This document shows positions 11,614-21,709 of a stretch of DNA of 64,000 nt, piece after piece. Numbering within the stretch: the stretch's first letter is position 1; the number at the start of each line of letters is the position of its first letter. A program made the position numbers and the translations under genes. The stretch spans positions 744,001-808,000 of the forward strand of contig CDRNVI010000040.1 of assembly GCA_977017575.1 (NCBI GenBank). Reading direction: 5' to 3'. The DNA is from Paramoeba atlantica. Its lineage: Eukaryota > Protista > Discosea. The notes beneath the pieces are model-generated. The model saw only the letters and a list, made by a program, of their open reading frames with translations. It did not search any database and had not been told where the DNA came from.

Positions 11614-14580
11614 ATGGCGGATGCTTCCGGTGCACGCATGCCCACTGCTATTATGAATCTTCTTGCGTGTTCCAAGCTTGATCGGGGGATTCTTTTCCGT
11701 CCTGCGAAGGGTGGAACGGAATGTGCTAAACTCCGCGCGAGGTCGTTAGGACGCATTATGCGACTGCTTTGTTTAGGCGCTAAGCTTGCGGTGGTTTGGA
11801 GGTACGCGGATTCATCGAACTACAGTGTTTGGGAGGGGGTAGTAGAGAGTTGGGTGCCGAGCCGCTGGCTTGTTCGCTACGCTCAGTGTTCGCGATTTAC
11901 GCTTCCGTTCCCTCCATGTAGTCCTCACATCGTCCTCTGTGCTGCTCGGGTTTGTGCGCCTAAGCGTAGACGTCGTTTCAAAAAGCGCTCTCGCAAATAC
12001 AGGGCACAGTCTGGCAAACGTGCTCTCCGTGACTTGGTGGGCCCTGGGGGCCCCGCTGTGAAGAGAATGTTGAGTGTGGGAACCTTGAACGTGACTACTC
12101 TTAAGCTGAAAGGTGAAGACGAGTTTAGCCTACGAAAGTGCGGACACCTTTGCGAAGTACTTGCCTTCATTGGTCTGAAGGGAATAAATATTCTGGGCCT
12201 GCAGGAAACGCGATTCAGATTCCCATCTTCTGAAAAGTCGGATGTCCTTCACCGCAAAGTACAATATCGGAACGCAGAGTTTCACTTGAACCTCATTCCA
12301 GCGCGCGCAAAGGATGCATACAATGGAATGGGATTCGTCAGCACTTTTCCCTTGTCTAAGGTATCTAAAACCAGTGAAAGGATTATGTCGGGTGAATTTG
12401 AGATGGAGGAAGGAGTCGCAACAGTTATTAACGTATATTCTCCTACACGCGATTCTAAGGACGTCGAGGTTACGGAGTTCTACGGAGAACTCGAACGTTG
12501 CTGCTTGAGAATAAGGGAAAGCAACCCGCGTCGCCCATTAATTGTGCTGGGCGACTTTAATGCACCTTTGACACATATAACAAATAAGGATCTAGATCCC
12601 ATTGCGGCCGCCCGTCTTAAAGGACTTTCTTGTTCTATAGACTGTAAGTCTGCGCACTGTCTTTGTCCAAGTAGTCGGAAATGGACATGCGAATTACCAA
12701 ACAAAACTTTAAGGCAGTTAGATCACATATTTATTTGTAGCAGATTTGCATCGGCAATTCAACGACACAAAGTGATCAAGGCACCCATTCCTACTACTCA
12801 CTGTTGTTTTATAGCCAGAATTAAAATTAAATGGCGAGTCAGTGATCCCAAAACGAATACGAATCAGCTCTCGTGGATTTCTTTTCGAAATAGTGAGGAT
12901 AGGAAGAATTTCATCAATAAAGTTCACGACCAATATCGAGCAACCTCGAACTCTTGTCGATCATGGAGCGCTCTCGCACAATATATGAAAAATGCTGTAA
13001 AAACTTTCAAAAAACCGACGAAACGAAATTTGAACAAAGAAGCTGTAAAGGACTCAAAAATACATGATTTGCGCGGTTTATATCACAAGAGCAGAAACAA
13101 AAAGGTGTTCAACGCTCTCGTAATGGAGAATAAAGCGGAAGTTGAAGAGATTATTTCCGACGAATGCTTGGAGATTGAAAAACAGCTTCGTAAAAACCAT
13201 TCAAACCCATGGAGAACGATTCGAAAGATATGCGGGCAATATCGTGATACCTTTAGCACGAACGGAAGCTCACGAAATGATAAACTTAACGAAATTCGAT
13301 CGTACTTCATGAAATTTAGTGGCGCTGATGATGGAGATCCAAATCTTAGCTTTGAACTGCTGCCGCCGCCGTTAGTACCAATATCCGATGCAGCATTTAC
13401 AAGCGAGGAGTTAAGCACATCTTTAGAACATTTCAGAAGAGGAAAAACACCGGGAAGTGACGGAATACCAATGGAAGCCCTTCAAGCTATAGCGGTCCAC
13501 CCTGATCTGAGATCGCATCTCCTGAATATAATCAACCAGGTACACGAAACGGGAGTCACAGAGGAAGCCTGGCGCAACACTCTTCAAATACCCATCCCAA
13601 AGAAAGGAGACCTCACTAACATTGAGAATTGGAGTCCTATACGCGTAGTAAATAGCGTAGTTAAGCTCATGAATCATATGATACTCTCCCGCATTAGACC
13701 CAACATTGAAAAGTCTCTTCGGGGTAACCAGTATGGGTTTCGACCTAACCGAGCGACTTCTGGAGCTCAGATTATCATGAACGAAATAAAAACCAAAGCA
13801 TTCAGAGGACAAGGCCTTTCTGTAGCTTTTATAGACTTTGCTAAAGCATTTCCTTCGGTATCGTTCGCTGCTATTAAAGCTAGTTTGCATGCATTTCGAG
13901 TAGGTCCATGTCTTTCTAAGATGATAATGTCTATATACGATGAGCTGAAAGGCACTGTACGAACTTCTATTGGAATCACAAAACCTTTCCCTATCACTAC
14001 AGGAATACTTCAAGGTGATGTATTGGCGCCTTATCTGTTCGTTATGGTGTTAGATAGAATTCTCAATAAAGCACTAGATGGAAAATCAGACGGGGTTCTT
14101 CTCAGCTCTAGGGGTACAAGAAAGCGGGGTCTTCATGAAAAGCGCCTGAGTGACATTGAGTATGCGGACGATATAGCGTTATTTAGTGACACGAAGAGTG
14201 GTTTGACAAATATGATAGACAATGTAGCTGAAGAGTCACGCAAAGCTAATCTGAAACTAGCCGTCGGAGCAAACAAGACAGCCTGGTTAACTTTTGGTAA
14301 ATCTCAAATGAGCAGCGAGAGCCTGAACAGCAAATTCTCGGGGATGATTCCGAAAGTTACGTCTTACAAACACTTAGGGCATCGGCAGGAAAATGATTTT
14401 ACATCTACAGTTAAAGATCGATTGAAACTAGCTTGGGGATCTCTCTTTCGAATGAATGGTATTTGGTCTTCACCACTTAGCCAGGAGACTAAGCTGCGCC
14501 TCTACGATTCAATAGTATCCGGTGCTAAACTTTGGGACAGGTGCACTTTCTATTTCAAAATCCATGCTCCGAAGAATTGA
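11614..14580 (+). CDS. L-e polyprotein: N-domain, APE, RT
   Basis: MADASG...GTLNVTTL, LQETR, NVYSP, LGDFNA, QLDHI, QYGFRP, FIDFAKAFPSV, GILQGDVLAPYLF, YADD. The track ORF 11158..14580 is an in-frame chimera with L-d. Confidence 0.92.
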   Translation: MADASGARMPTAIMNLLACSKLDRGILFRPAKGGTECAKLRARSLGRIMRLLCLGAKLAVVWRYADSSNYSVWEGVVESWVPSRWLVRYAQCSRFTLPFPPCSPHIVLCAARVCAPKRRRRFKKRSRKYRAQSGKRALRDLVGPGGPAVKRMLSVGTLNVTTLKLKGEDEFSLRKCGHLCEVLAFIGLKGINILGLQETRFRFPSSEKSDVLHRKVQYRNAEFHLNLIPARAKDAYNGMGFVSTFPLSKVSKTSERIMSGEFEMEEGVATVINVYSPTRDSKDVEVTEFYGELERCCLRIRESNPRRPLIVLGDFNAPLTHITNKDLDPIAAARLKGLSCSIDCKSAHCLCPSSRKWTCELPNKTLRQLDHIFICSRFASAIQRHKVIKAPIPTTHCCFIARIKIKWRVSDPKTNTNQLSWISFRNSEDRKNFINKVHDQYRATSNSCRSWSALAQYMKNAVKTFKKPTKRNLNKEAVKDSKIHDLRGLYHKSRNKKVFNALVMENKAEVEEIISDECLEIEKQLRKNHSNPWRTIRKICGQYRDTFSTNGSSRNDKLNEIRSYFMKFSGADDGDPNLSFELLPPPLVPISDAAFTSEELSTSLEHFRRGKTPGSDGIPMEALQAIAVHPDLRSHLLNIINQVHETGVTEEAWRNTLQIPIPKKGDLTNIENWSPIRVVNSVVKLMNHMILSRIRPNIEKSLRGNQYGFRPNRATSGAQIIMNEIKTKAFRGQGLSVAFIDFAKAFPSVSFAAIKASLHAFRVGPCLSKMIMSIYDELKGTVRTSIGITKPFPITTGILQGDVLAPYLFVMVLDRILNKALDGKSDGVLLSSRGTRKRGLHEKRLSDIEYADDIALFSDTKSGLTNMIDNVAEESRKANLKLAVGANKTAWLTFGKSQMSSESLNSKFSGMIPKVTSYKHLGHRQENDFTSTVKDRLKLAWGSLFRMNGIWSSPLSQETKLRLYDSIVSGAKLWDRCTFYFKIHAPKN

Positions 14581-15691
14581 CGTTGAAGTTAACAACATGA
14601 GAAGAATAGTTTGCCAATGCAACAGATTAGATGAATACGGAATGAGCTACCCGAATGCTTCTCTGTATCTTGAAACTGAGCGCTTTTCTACTATACACAA
14701 GGTTCAGAAGGCCAAGCTCGTCGGGCACATGCTGAGGCACTCCAGTGATTTTCAAGAGCTTGTACAGTGGAAACAACGCCCGAATGCACGCAATTTATCT
14801 CCAAGCGAGGCTTGCTTCAAGGATCTTAACATTACACTGGAAGAGGCATTGGTATTTGCGTCAGACCGTGAACACTGGTATCGTCTGACAGAAAAATTGC
14901 GACGTGAACTTGAACCGCTCATAGAATACGAAAAAATTAGGTCAGCAAGGTGGAAAACTGCTCTTGCCAAAGCTAAAAAACAAAAAAGTCCTTCAGAATT
15001 ACAGTTCGTTGAAGAATCAAATGTGCCTTTTCCAGCCTATAAAGCCATACAAATATATACAGATGGCTCTGTTCTGCCGATGAAAAATACGAAAGAGATT
15101 CGAAGTGGCATAGGTATCGTAGTTCTAAAACCACGATGCGAACCCTCACGGATATCCATACCATTGGAATCAGACACTATTGAGCGAGTAGAGATCTTAG
15201 CTTTTCAGCATGCCCTTCTCCAACTGCCGTCAAAACCATGCGCTTGTCTGTTTCATACAGACTCTTACTATCTATGGGACTTCTTTCACAATCTTCGATA
15301 TCGGCGGCGAATCGTTGGCTACAAGGGGGTTTTAAATGGAGATTTGTTCTCCCAGTTAGACGGAAAATTACGGTCCTTAAAACATGATTTGTACTCAATA
15401 TATATGTGCAAAGTCAAGGGTCACTCAGGAAATAAATGGAACGAGGAGGCAGATGGGTTAGCACTGATTGCAGCGCGAAAAGTTCCTCGACCGCCTGAGC
15501 AGAAAAAGAGAAAAACAAGTAATGATTCCAACGCATCACAAATCGACAAATCCTTGGAAAAGCTGATAAAACATAGAACCTTGGAAAAGGGAAAGACGAA
15601 AACCAATCCAGCACCCAAGCGCGGCGCCGAGGCTAAAGTCACTCTGTGCGGGAAGATTGCGAAAACTGGTGGGAAGAGGGCGCCTTCATAG
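14522..15691 (+). CDS. L-e C-terminus: RT thumb, RNase H, K/R-rich tail (frameshifted continuation)
   Basis: AKLVGHMLRH, YTDGS, VEILA, HTDSYYLW, KVKGHSGNKWNEEAD (full D-E-D-D set). Confidence 0.9.
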   Translation: MLNFGTGALSISKSMLRRIDVEVNNMRRIVCQCNRLDEYGMSYPNASLYLETERFSTIHKVQKAKLVGHMLRHSSDFQELVQWKQRPNARNLSPSEACFKDLNITLEEALVFASDREHWYRLTEKLRRELEPLIEYEKIRSARWKTALAKAKKQKSPSELQFVEESNVPFPAYKAIQIYTDGSVLPMKNTKEIRSGIGIVVLKPRCEPSRISIPLESDTIERVEILAFQHALLQLPSKPCACLFHTDSYYLWDFFHNLRYRRRIVGYKGVLNGDLFSQLDGKLRSLKHDLYSIYMCKVKGHSGNKWNEEADGLALIAARKVPRPPEQKKRKTSNDSNASQIDKSLEKLIKHRTLEKGKTKTNPAPKRGAEAKVTLCGKIAKTGGKRAPS

Positions 15692-15799
15692 TAAGAGTTG
15701 GGCGGAAGACGTGTTTCCACCAGCAGGTTCGGAATACCCTGAGGAAGAGTTCAGGAAGATAAAGGAAAAGTATTGTCTTTTTAAAGGAAAAGTATTAAA

Positions 15800-17400
15800 G
15801 GAAAATTGGATTGGATTGGGCGCGGCTCACTGATCTGAATTATGCTGACGATTTGCTCCTATTTGGGAGCGACAAGGAAGACTCATTTTTCATTCTCCTT
15901 CTGAAGCCTGCATGGGCGATATGGGGATCATGGTTGAACAAGCATTGGTCTAGGGAAAGAATCATACTGCATACGGATTCCTGGATAGTTTGGCATTTTG
16001 CAAATGTGATTAGAAAAAAGTATTATTTGATTGATTTTGAAGGCCTTCCAAATAGCGATATATATTTGGATCTGGAACACGCTTTTCGAGGCTTAGAAGC
16101 GCGTAGTGTGCAGCTTTTTGTTTTTAAGGTGAAAGGTCACTGCGGAAATTTCTTTTTTAGGCTCTTCGTTAAACGCGGTGGTTGCTTTCAACTTAGAAGT
16201 CACTCATGCTGCGCGCTTCGCGTTGAAAACTACCGCCGCGTTTAACGAAGAGCCTAAAAAAGAAAATTTAGCCTGGAAAACGGAAAGATTATAGCCAAAA
16301 ATAGCCGAATTTCGGGTACAAATGGGGTCATTTTCGCATATTTTTGCTCTCAGAGCACTAAATCCGACATTTGCGCGTGGCAAATCACTCGGAGGCATGA
16401 ATGGAAGCCTACCGAACGTATTGGGTAGAGAATGCGACTCCAACCATACCATTCTGTCGACACAAAAATGCCCCTTTAGGTCCGAAAAATACTTTTTCAC
16501 CTTTTTTAGTCAAAAATGGGTCATTTTGGGGGGCGCACCACAGTTTGAAGAAGTGATACCTTGCGAAAACAACTGCGTAGAAAGCTAGTGTAGGTCCCAA
16601 ACTATCAAAATACAATAGGGGAAACGATTTTGGAAAAATAGTTTTTTTGTCATTTTTTTCGCCAAGTTGAAATTTTTTTCAAAAAAAATTTTCCGAAAAA
16701 ATCCGAACTTGGCGGACCCGTCCTGCCGATACGCGGGGGGGTCACCCCCGGGTAGGGGGGTGGAAAATGCGCGCCAAGACCCCGGCTACCCGTTCTGCGG
16801 TTTTTTTTCGAAAACTAATTTTTTCGAAAAAATTTGCTCGACCATGCCCCCCCCCCCTGGACCCCCCCCCTGGACCCCCCCCCTGGACCCCCCCCATGGA
16901 CCCCCCCCATGGACCCCCCATTTTTTTCAAATTTTTTTTTCAGTTTTGGACCACCGGAGCCCCCTTTTATATTTTTTTCTTCTATTATATTACTGTGTTC
17001 CTCTTTATATTTTCACTGTTTTTGTTCACTTTTTTTTCAATAATCGAGTGTAGAGCGGTAGTTTTACAACCACCGCAATATTTACAACGATAAGTGCGAT
17101 TTAATAGCCAAAGCAGCTCTTTCGCGCAACTCTTCGAAGAAAAAGCGCAAAACCTCCGCCGCGACAAGCGAAGGTCAAAATTCTGATCTCCTTTCCGAGC
17201 CTGGCATGCCAGAGGTAGCAAGGACCCCTAACACCAGTGCCAATCGCCGCCGCGGTAGTCTACGTGACGGGAATCAAACAGCCCAAACAAAGCGTCGCCC
17301 CCGCTAGAAACCACGAAATGCGGCCACCTACCAGGGCAAGAGAACCGTGAGCTTTATGCAGTGAGGAATGTATTGGGGGGAAATTTCCACTTGAAAAATA
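15800..17400 (+). pseudogene. Internally deleted LINE remnant (YADD joined to RNase H), split by R1
   Basis: NYADDLLL, HTDSWIVW and KVKGHCGN lie before R1. The frame resumes as IYNDKCDLIAKAA at 17080. Confidence 0.8.
16150..17079 (+). mobile_element. R1: ~930-bp non-autonomous element with a long 5' fold-back, a short 3' hairpin and no TSD
   Basis: Hairpin 16147-16269 (aggctcttcgttaaacgcgg...ccgcgtttaacgaagagcct) and 3' end gcggtagttttacaaccaccgcaat. Removing it restores the RNase H frame. Confidence 0.88.
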
Positions 17401-17440
17401 AGTTGTTCGAAAGTGATATGAGGAAATTTAAGAATGAATA

Positions 17441-17642
17441 CCCAGATTGAAAGGGGCGAGGGAGATACGAAGCAACAGGCGTGGAAGATTACCACTGAAA
17501 AGAAATGGTATCTCCCTGCACGAAGTTTGTCTCCGAGCTAGCAAGCGCAAAGGCTTTTCTCGTGCGGGGAGATACCATTTCTTTTCAGTGGTAATCTGCC
17601 ACGCCTGTTGCTTCGTATCTCCCTCGCCCCTTTCAATCTGGG
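17441..17642. mobile_element. MITE M2 (202 bp, ~76-bp TIRs)
   Basis: cccagattgaaaggggcgagggagatacg... and its reverse complement, with one mismatch. Other copies at 49577 and 60286. Confidence 0.9.
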
Positions 17643-17848
17643 TTATACGGAGGGCCGTTCGAGGCGGTGCAGACCCGCTGGCGCGGGTGGTGCTTTACCT
17701 CGTGACAAGTGATCTTGAAGGAAACAAGCTTCTGAAATCTTTTTTTTGAGGGGCCCGCCCGGCTAACATTTTGCCTCTGGGAGGTCTATGTTCGATTCTA
17801 CTTACGTCTTGTTTATGTTAAGCATTGAGCCCCTTATGTTGTACTTTA

Positions 17849-18278
17849 GGGCGGTGCGAGTGTAGTTGGTAGACGGTGGGCCTTACAACCTGCAGGTTGT
17901 TGGTTCGATTCCCGCTATCGACAAAACTCGTTACCTGGCGGCCTCACTAAAAAGGGAAAGCGATCAGGAGTGCCTTCAAGGCCCACACCCAACCCCGCTC
18001 CCCTGGAGGACCGACCCTGAACCGTCGAGCTGAACCAGGCTCCAGCGCAGCCGCTAAATTGCGAGCTGCCTACGCAAAGGAGGCTTGAAACACAGCCTAC
18101 ACGATGCAACGGGGTGGACGCCCGTCCTGGTAGCTACGGTTTGGTAGCCGTGCTCTGGCAGCAAGGCGTCGAGTGCCGTCTTGGAAGGGGGTAGCAAGAC
18201 GATGAAGGTCGGTCACCTGAGACTCTACCCTAACGGTTGGCGCTGCAGAGCCCTCTGTGTCTGTGTGTCTGTGTCTTC
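17849..18278 (+). mobile_element. SINE-A, full length, tRNA-derived head (Val-TAC-like)
   Basis: A box tgtagttggtag, loop cttacaa, B box ggttcgattcc. 12-bp TSD tgttgtacttta at 17837-17848 and 18279-18290. Confidence 0.9.
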
Positions 18279-18554
18279 TGTTGTACTTTAATAATGCAAA
18301 AGTGCACCTATGGGCACGTTCACCGGCTCAGTGAGACGGAACCGAGGTTCCCCCAACACTACCTTACACCAGGTCTTGCATACGGAACATTTCGTTCGTT
18401 GACAGTTCTTTATGTATCTCTGCTTGGTTAGCCAACAGGCATTAAGCTCAGACGCCACGTCAAGGCGAGAGATAATTGTCTGAGGACCCTCTTCTCACGA
18501 AGAAGGTATTCAAAATGAATGTGATTTTCGTATCAATTTACTCTAATTTCTTTT

Positions 18555-19781
18555 CTATTTTCCACTGTACATTTCTTGTTCCACTGTATTTCTTGTTCTT
18601 CGCTCTTTTGCCCATACCGCTTCTACCGATTCCCGGCTGACGATCTGAGCAAGTTCCGTACGAGACAGTTCAGGAGGTGTTTCGAGACCTGGAGTTGCGC
18701 ACTGAATCATCCAACGGCAAACGAATAAAGCACAGTCATTGGTGCCATCATCTTGCACCAAGGTTGAGCCCTGTATAATCTACCAGCCATGTGCTCCGTG
18801 AAAGATATTTTGCGCAACAGTTTGCACATCTAAGAGCACTTCAGTTCTTCTCCTCGGATTGTGGTTAGGCAGGGAATCGAACCAAAGTAACTTTCCGCCT
18901 TCTTTATTTTCATGCGGTACGATAACACATAGAGCGAAGTGTTGATTGAAAAAGAATGGAACGGCAGTGCGGTCAGCCAAGAAAATTCTTGTTCTTATTT
19001 CTGCCGGTAAATCCCCTACTGATGTGGCATATCTCTTAAAAACCGTAGTTGCCACAGAACTATCCAATACTTGATATCTTTCAGACGGGCTTGAAAGTAC
19101 TGAACCTAAAGTGTTTATAACTGTGTCCGGTATAAATTGTCCAGGTTGTGTCCACTGATTGTCTTGCGTCCGATCTTTTAACTGGGGTCGCGTGTAAGTT
19201 TCAGTTTCGCGCGACATAGTGTATTCCCCCTTTCTTTGCAGTTTCTTTTTCTTAGATGGCGGAGGGCAACGGTACAGAGTTTTTTCAGGTACGTGTTTTT
19301 CATTGCCTTCCTTCTGCGTCATACGTTTCACGAATTTCGAAACGTCGGCGTTGGGTCGCAAGTTTTCCAAGTAGCTAAAGCCTCCATCACTTCTTTCAGG
19401 GAGTAACCAAAGTTGACTCACACTTTTTACTCTTGAGAGGGCCACGTACACCGAGGCATGACATAACATCGTGCTGTGATAGCATGTTGGTCTGCGGTTC
19501 AAGTCTATGCAGACATTTTCTGTAAGAGTAGCTCCCTGTACTTTGTGAATGGTGTAAGAGAAGCCGCACCCAATTTCAAGCTCATCATCAACATCACTTT
19601 TTCGAAATTCAGCGGAAAGATTTCCGTCTACTGTTGAGGCCGAGATGCCAGCTATTGAGAAGGCTGTGCAATCCAAAATTTTACCAGGCCTTCCATTTTC
19701 TTTAATGTATGAGCTTAATTCTTCTTTGGTCTTCTCGTTCTTTACAATGATTTCATCTTCAACCATTAGCGTACCATTCAC
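18555..19781 (-). pseudogene. Helicase C-terminal motifs fused to a C48/Ulp1-like peptidase
   Basis: TIHKVQG and YVALSRV, then IPDTVIN, PFFFNQHFAL, WFDSL and, across a frame break, QDDGTNDCALF. Confidence 0.8.
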
Positions 19782-21649
19782 TAGTAAAAATACCTAGCGC
19801 CTCCTATTGAGAGCTCCAATACGGACATGCCTCTTTCCTGAGCAAATTCCTGACTCCGAAGTCTTGAAAGCACTTCTTTTTCTCTGTTGGTGCTCACCAG
19901 CATGCATGAATTCTTTGGTATCCCATCAGTAGCATACTGGGCGTTTTTTAAGAAACCCTTAAAGGATGAAGCGCATAAGCTTGGGTCCCGCAAGTTCATC
20001 AGCATTCTTTGATGTTCAAAGTCCTTTTCACTTGTTCCATCTGCTCTATGTTGGGTGGTAAGATTCGTAAAAACAAAATCATTGATTCCTAATGTACATG
20101 AATGGGGGCTGCAGCTAGCACCGTAGACCAGTGATGAGTGTGAAGTTCGTACTGGGGGTAATTGGAAAAAATCCCCGACCATGACTATGGAAAACCCGCC
20201 AAATATTGCTTGGCTCTCAGAAACTGCACAAAGTCTTTGATGAATTTGCCACAAAGTCTTAGTTGACACACACGATGCTTCGTCGATCAAAACGGTATCC
20301 ACGCCATTGAATTTTTCTTTTAACTTTTTCAGCCTCTGAGGGTTTAGATAATCTAGGAAAGCGCTCTTACTCTTTTTACTCCACGCTGCTGGGAAACAGA
20401 ATCCAGAATGTATGGTCTCCCTATTGATGTTGACAGCGCAAGCCCCCGAGTATCCGAAGGCAAGTACGGATCTTGGGCGGAAAGCGTTCTTGGCTTCCAT
20501 AAAGCATCGGCTGGTTTCACTTTGACCACACCCTGGACCTCCATGTAGAAAGGCTTTGTATCCTTCTGACAATCCTATATGATTTTCTGTTTGCTTTAGT
20601 GTGTTGAGAAAGAATTGCTCTTGATCCTTATCCAACTTTTTGTCGAGAGACCTATTCCTTATATGTTTTTCACCTACACGAAAAATGAGCTCAACACTTT
20701 TATTTATACTAAGAACTCGGGATTTCGAGAACGGATTCTGATTCAAACTTTCCAATACATCTTCTTGCGTTGCATTATTTTGCTTGAGCTCATCAATATC
20801 ATGATCAGGCGTTTGATTTGAAATTATCCTCCTGGATTTCCCAGCTGACACCTTTATCTGAAACTTGTATGTTTTGTTGTCGAATTTATCACGACAGGAT
20901 GTACTCATTGCGCCGATGCTCTGAGGCGCAGCATAGCAATGATTCGTTCTCTGATCCGATGCCCATGTATCTTTCAAAAGCCTTTCTACTTGATCTTCAA
21001 GTTCAACCAAGAAAAGTTCAGTTTCAACGTTTCTTTTCTTTCCTTTCTTCGAATTTGCTTGATGTTGTGCAAGGAGATCGTTCGCTTCCTGAATTCCATC
21101 CGCAGCTTCTTTTTCTAAACACCCAGTAGCTTCTGCAACATCTTGCGCTGTTTCTGTTAAGCCTTTTGATTTCCATTCTTCATAAGTAGTAGCTTCCTGG
21201 TGCCTAAACATGTTGATCATGCATCTTGGTTCTTCAAAGGAAGAATCCTGAATTCCGATTCTCAAGTTATTGATGATCTTAATTAAGCAAGAGCAAATTT
21301 CCGGAGGGTATTCCGTTCCTTCCACCTTTTTTCCCTCACTACACTCCTTGAGTATCTTCAAGTACTCTTTCCAGTCTCTTGGCCTATATGATATTTTCTT
21401 ATCTTTTGAGAAGGGGCGCATAAGGGCAGAAAAATATTTCGCGTGTTTTTTTGCTAAAACAGTTGTAGAATGATCGCAATCTGTAGCGACATCCCGGAGA
21501 TGTGACCAGTGTGGTATATACCCTGGAGATGGGATAACATATTTGCTACGTATTCGCTGAGTAAAAATTTCAATCAGCGGATGTCCTTTCTTGAATGCGA
21601 ATGTAGTGTTTCTTGATCTCCCTTTCTTGGTTTTACCAATTGTTTTCAC
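19781..21649 (-). pseudogene. Pif1-family helicase, N-terminal motifs of the Helitron
   Basis: Degenerate Walker A GGPGCGQS, DEAS, GDFFQLPPV, LTTQHR. Confidence 0.9.
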
Positions 21650-21709
21650 TGATGATATGCGAACTCTCGCAATAGTGGCGTCGTAAAGGTAAAAATTTAA
21701 GAACTCAAG

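Larger units (their letters stand above)
11527..15795 (+). mobile_element. Full-length non-LTR retrotransposon L-e, the most intact copy
   Basis: (aaagatcaagttttttgt)x4, then ATG 11614 opening one ORF to ~14520. After one frameshift, ORF 14522..15691 carries the thumb and RNase H. The 3' end has ggatt repeats. Confidence 0.95.

Noticed and set aside
11158-14580. 1140-aa ORF that appears to have two RT segments
   Set aside because: It is an in-frame read-through of L-d RT motifs, the 18-bp array (KDQVFC repeats) and L-e. The real start is 11614.
17673-17690. acccgc-tggc-gcgggt as the Helitron 3' hairpin
   Set aside because: It is at a plausible position on the correct side, but there is no CTRR or matching sub-TIR nearby, so the terminus cannot be assigned.
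17849-17925. SINE heads as functional tRNA genes
   Set aside because: The acceptor stems do not pair, and the heads run into SINE bodies bounded by TSDs.
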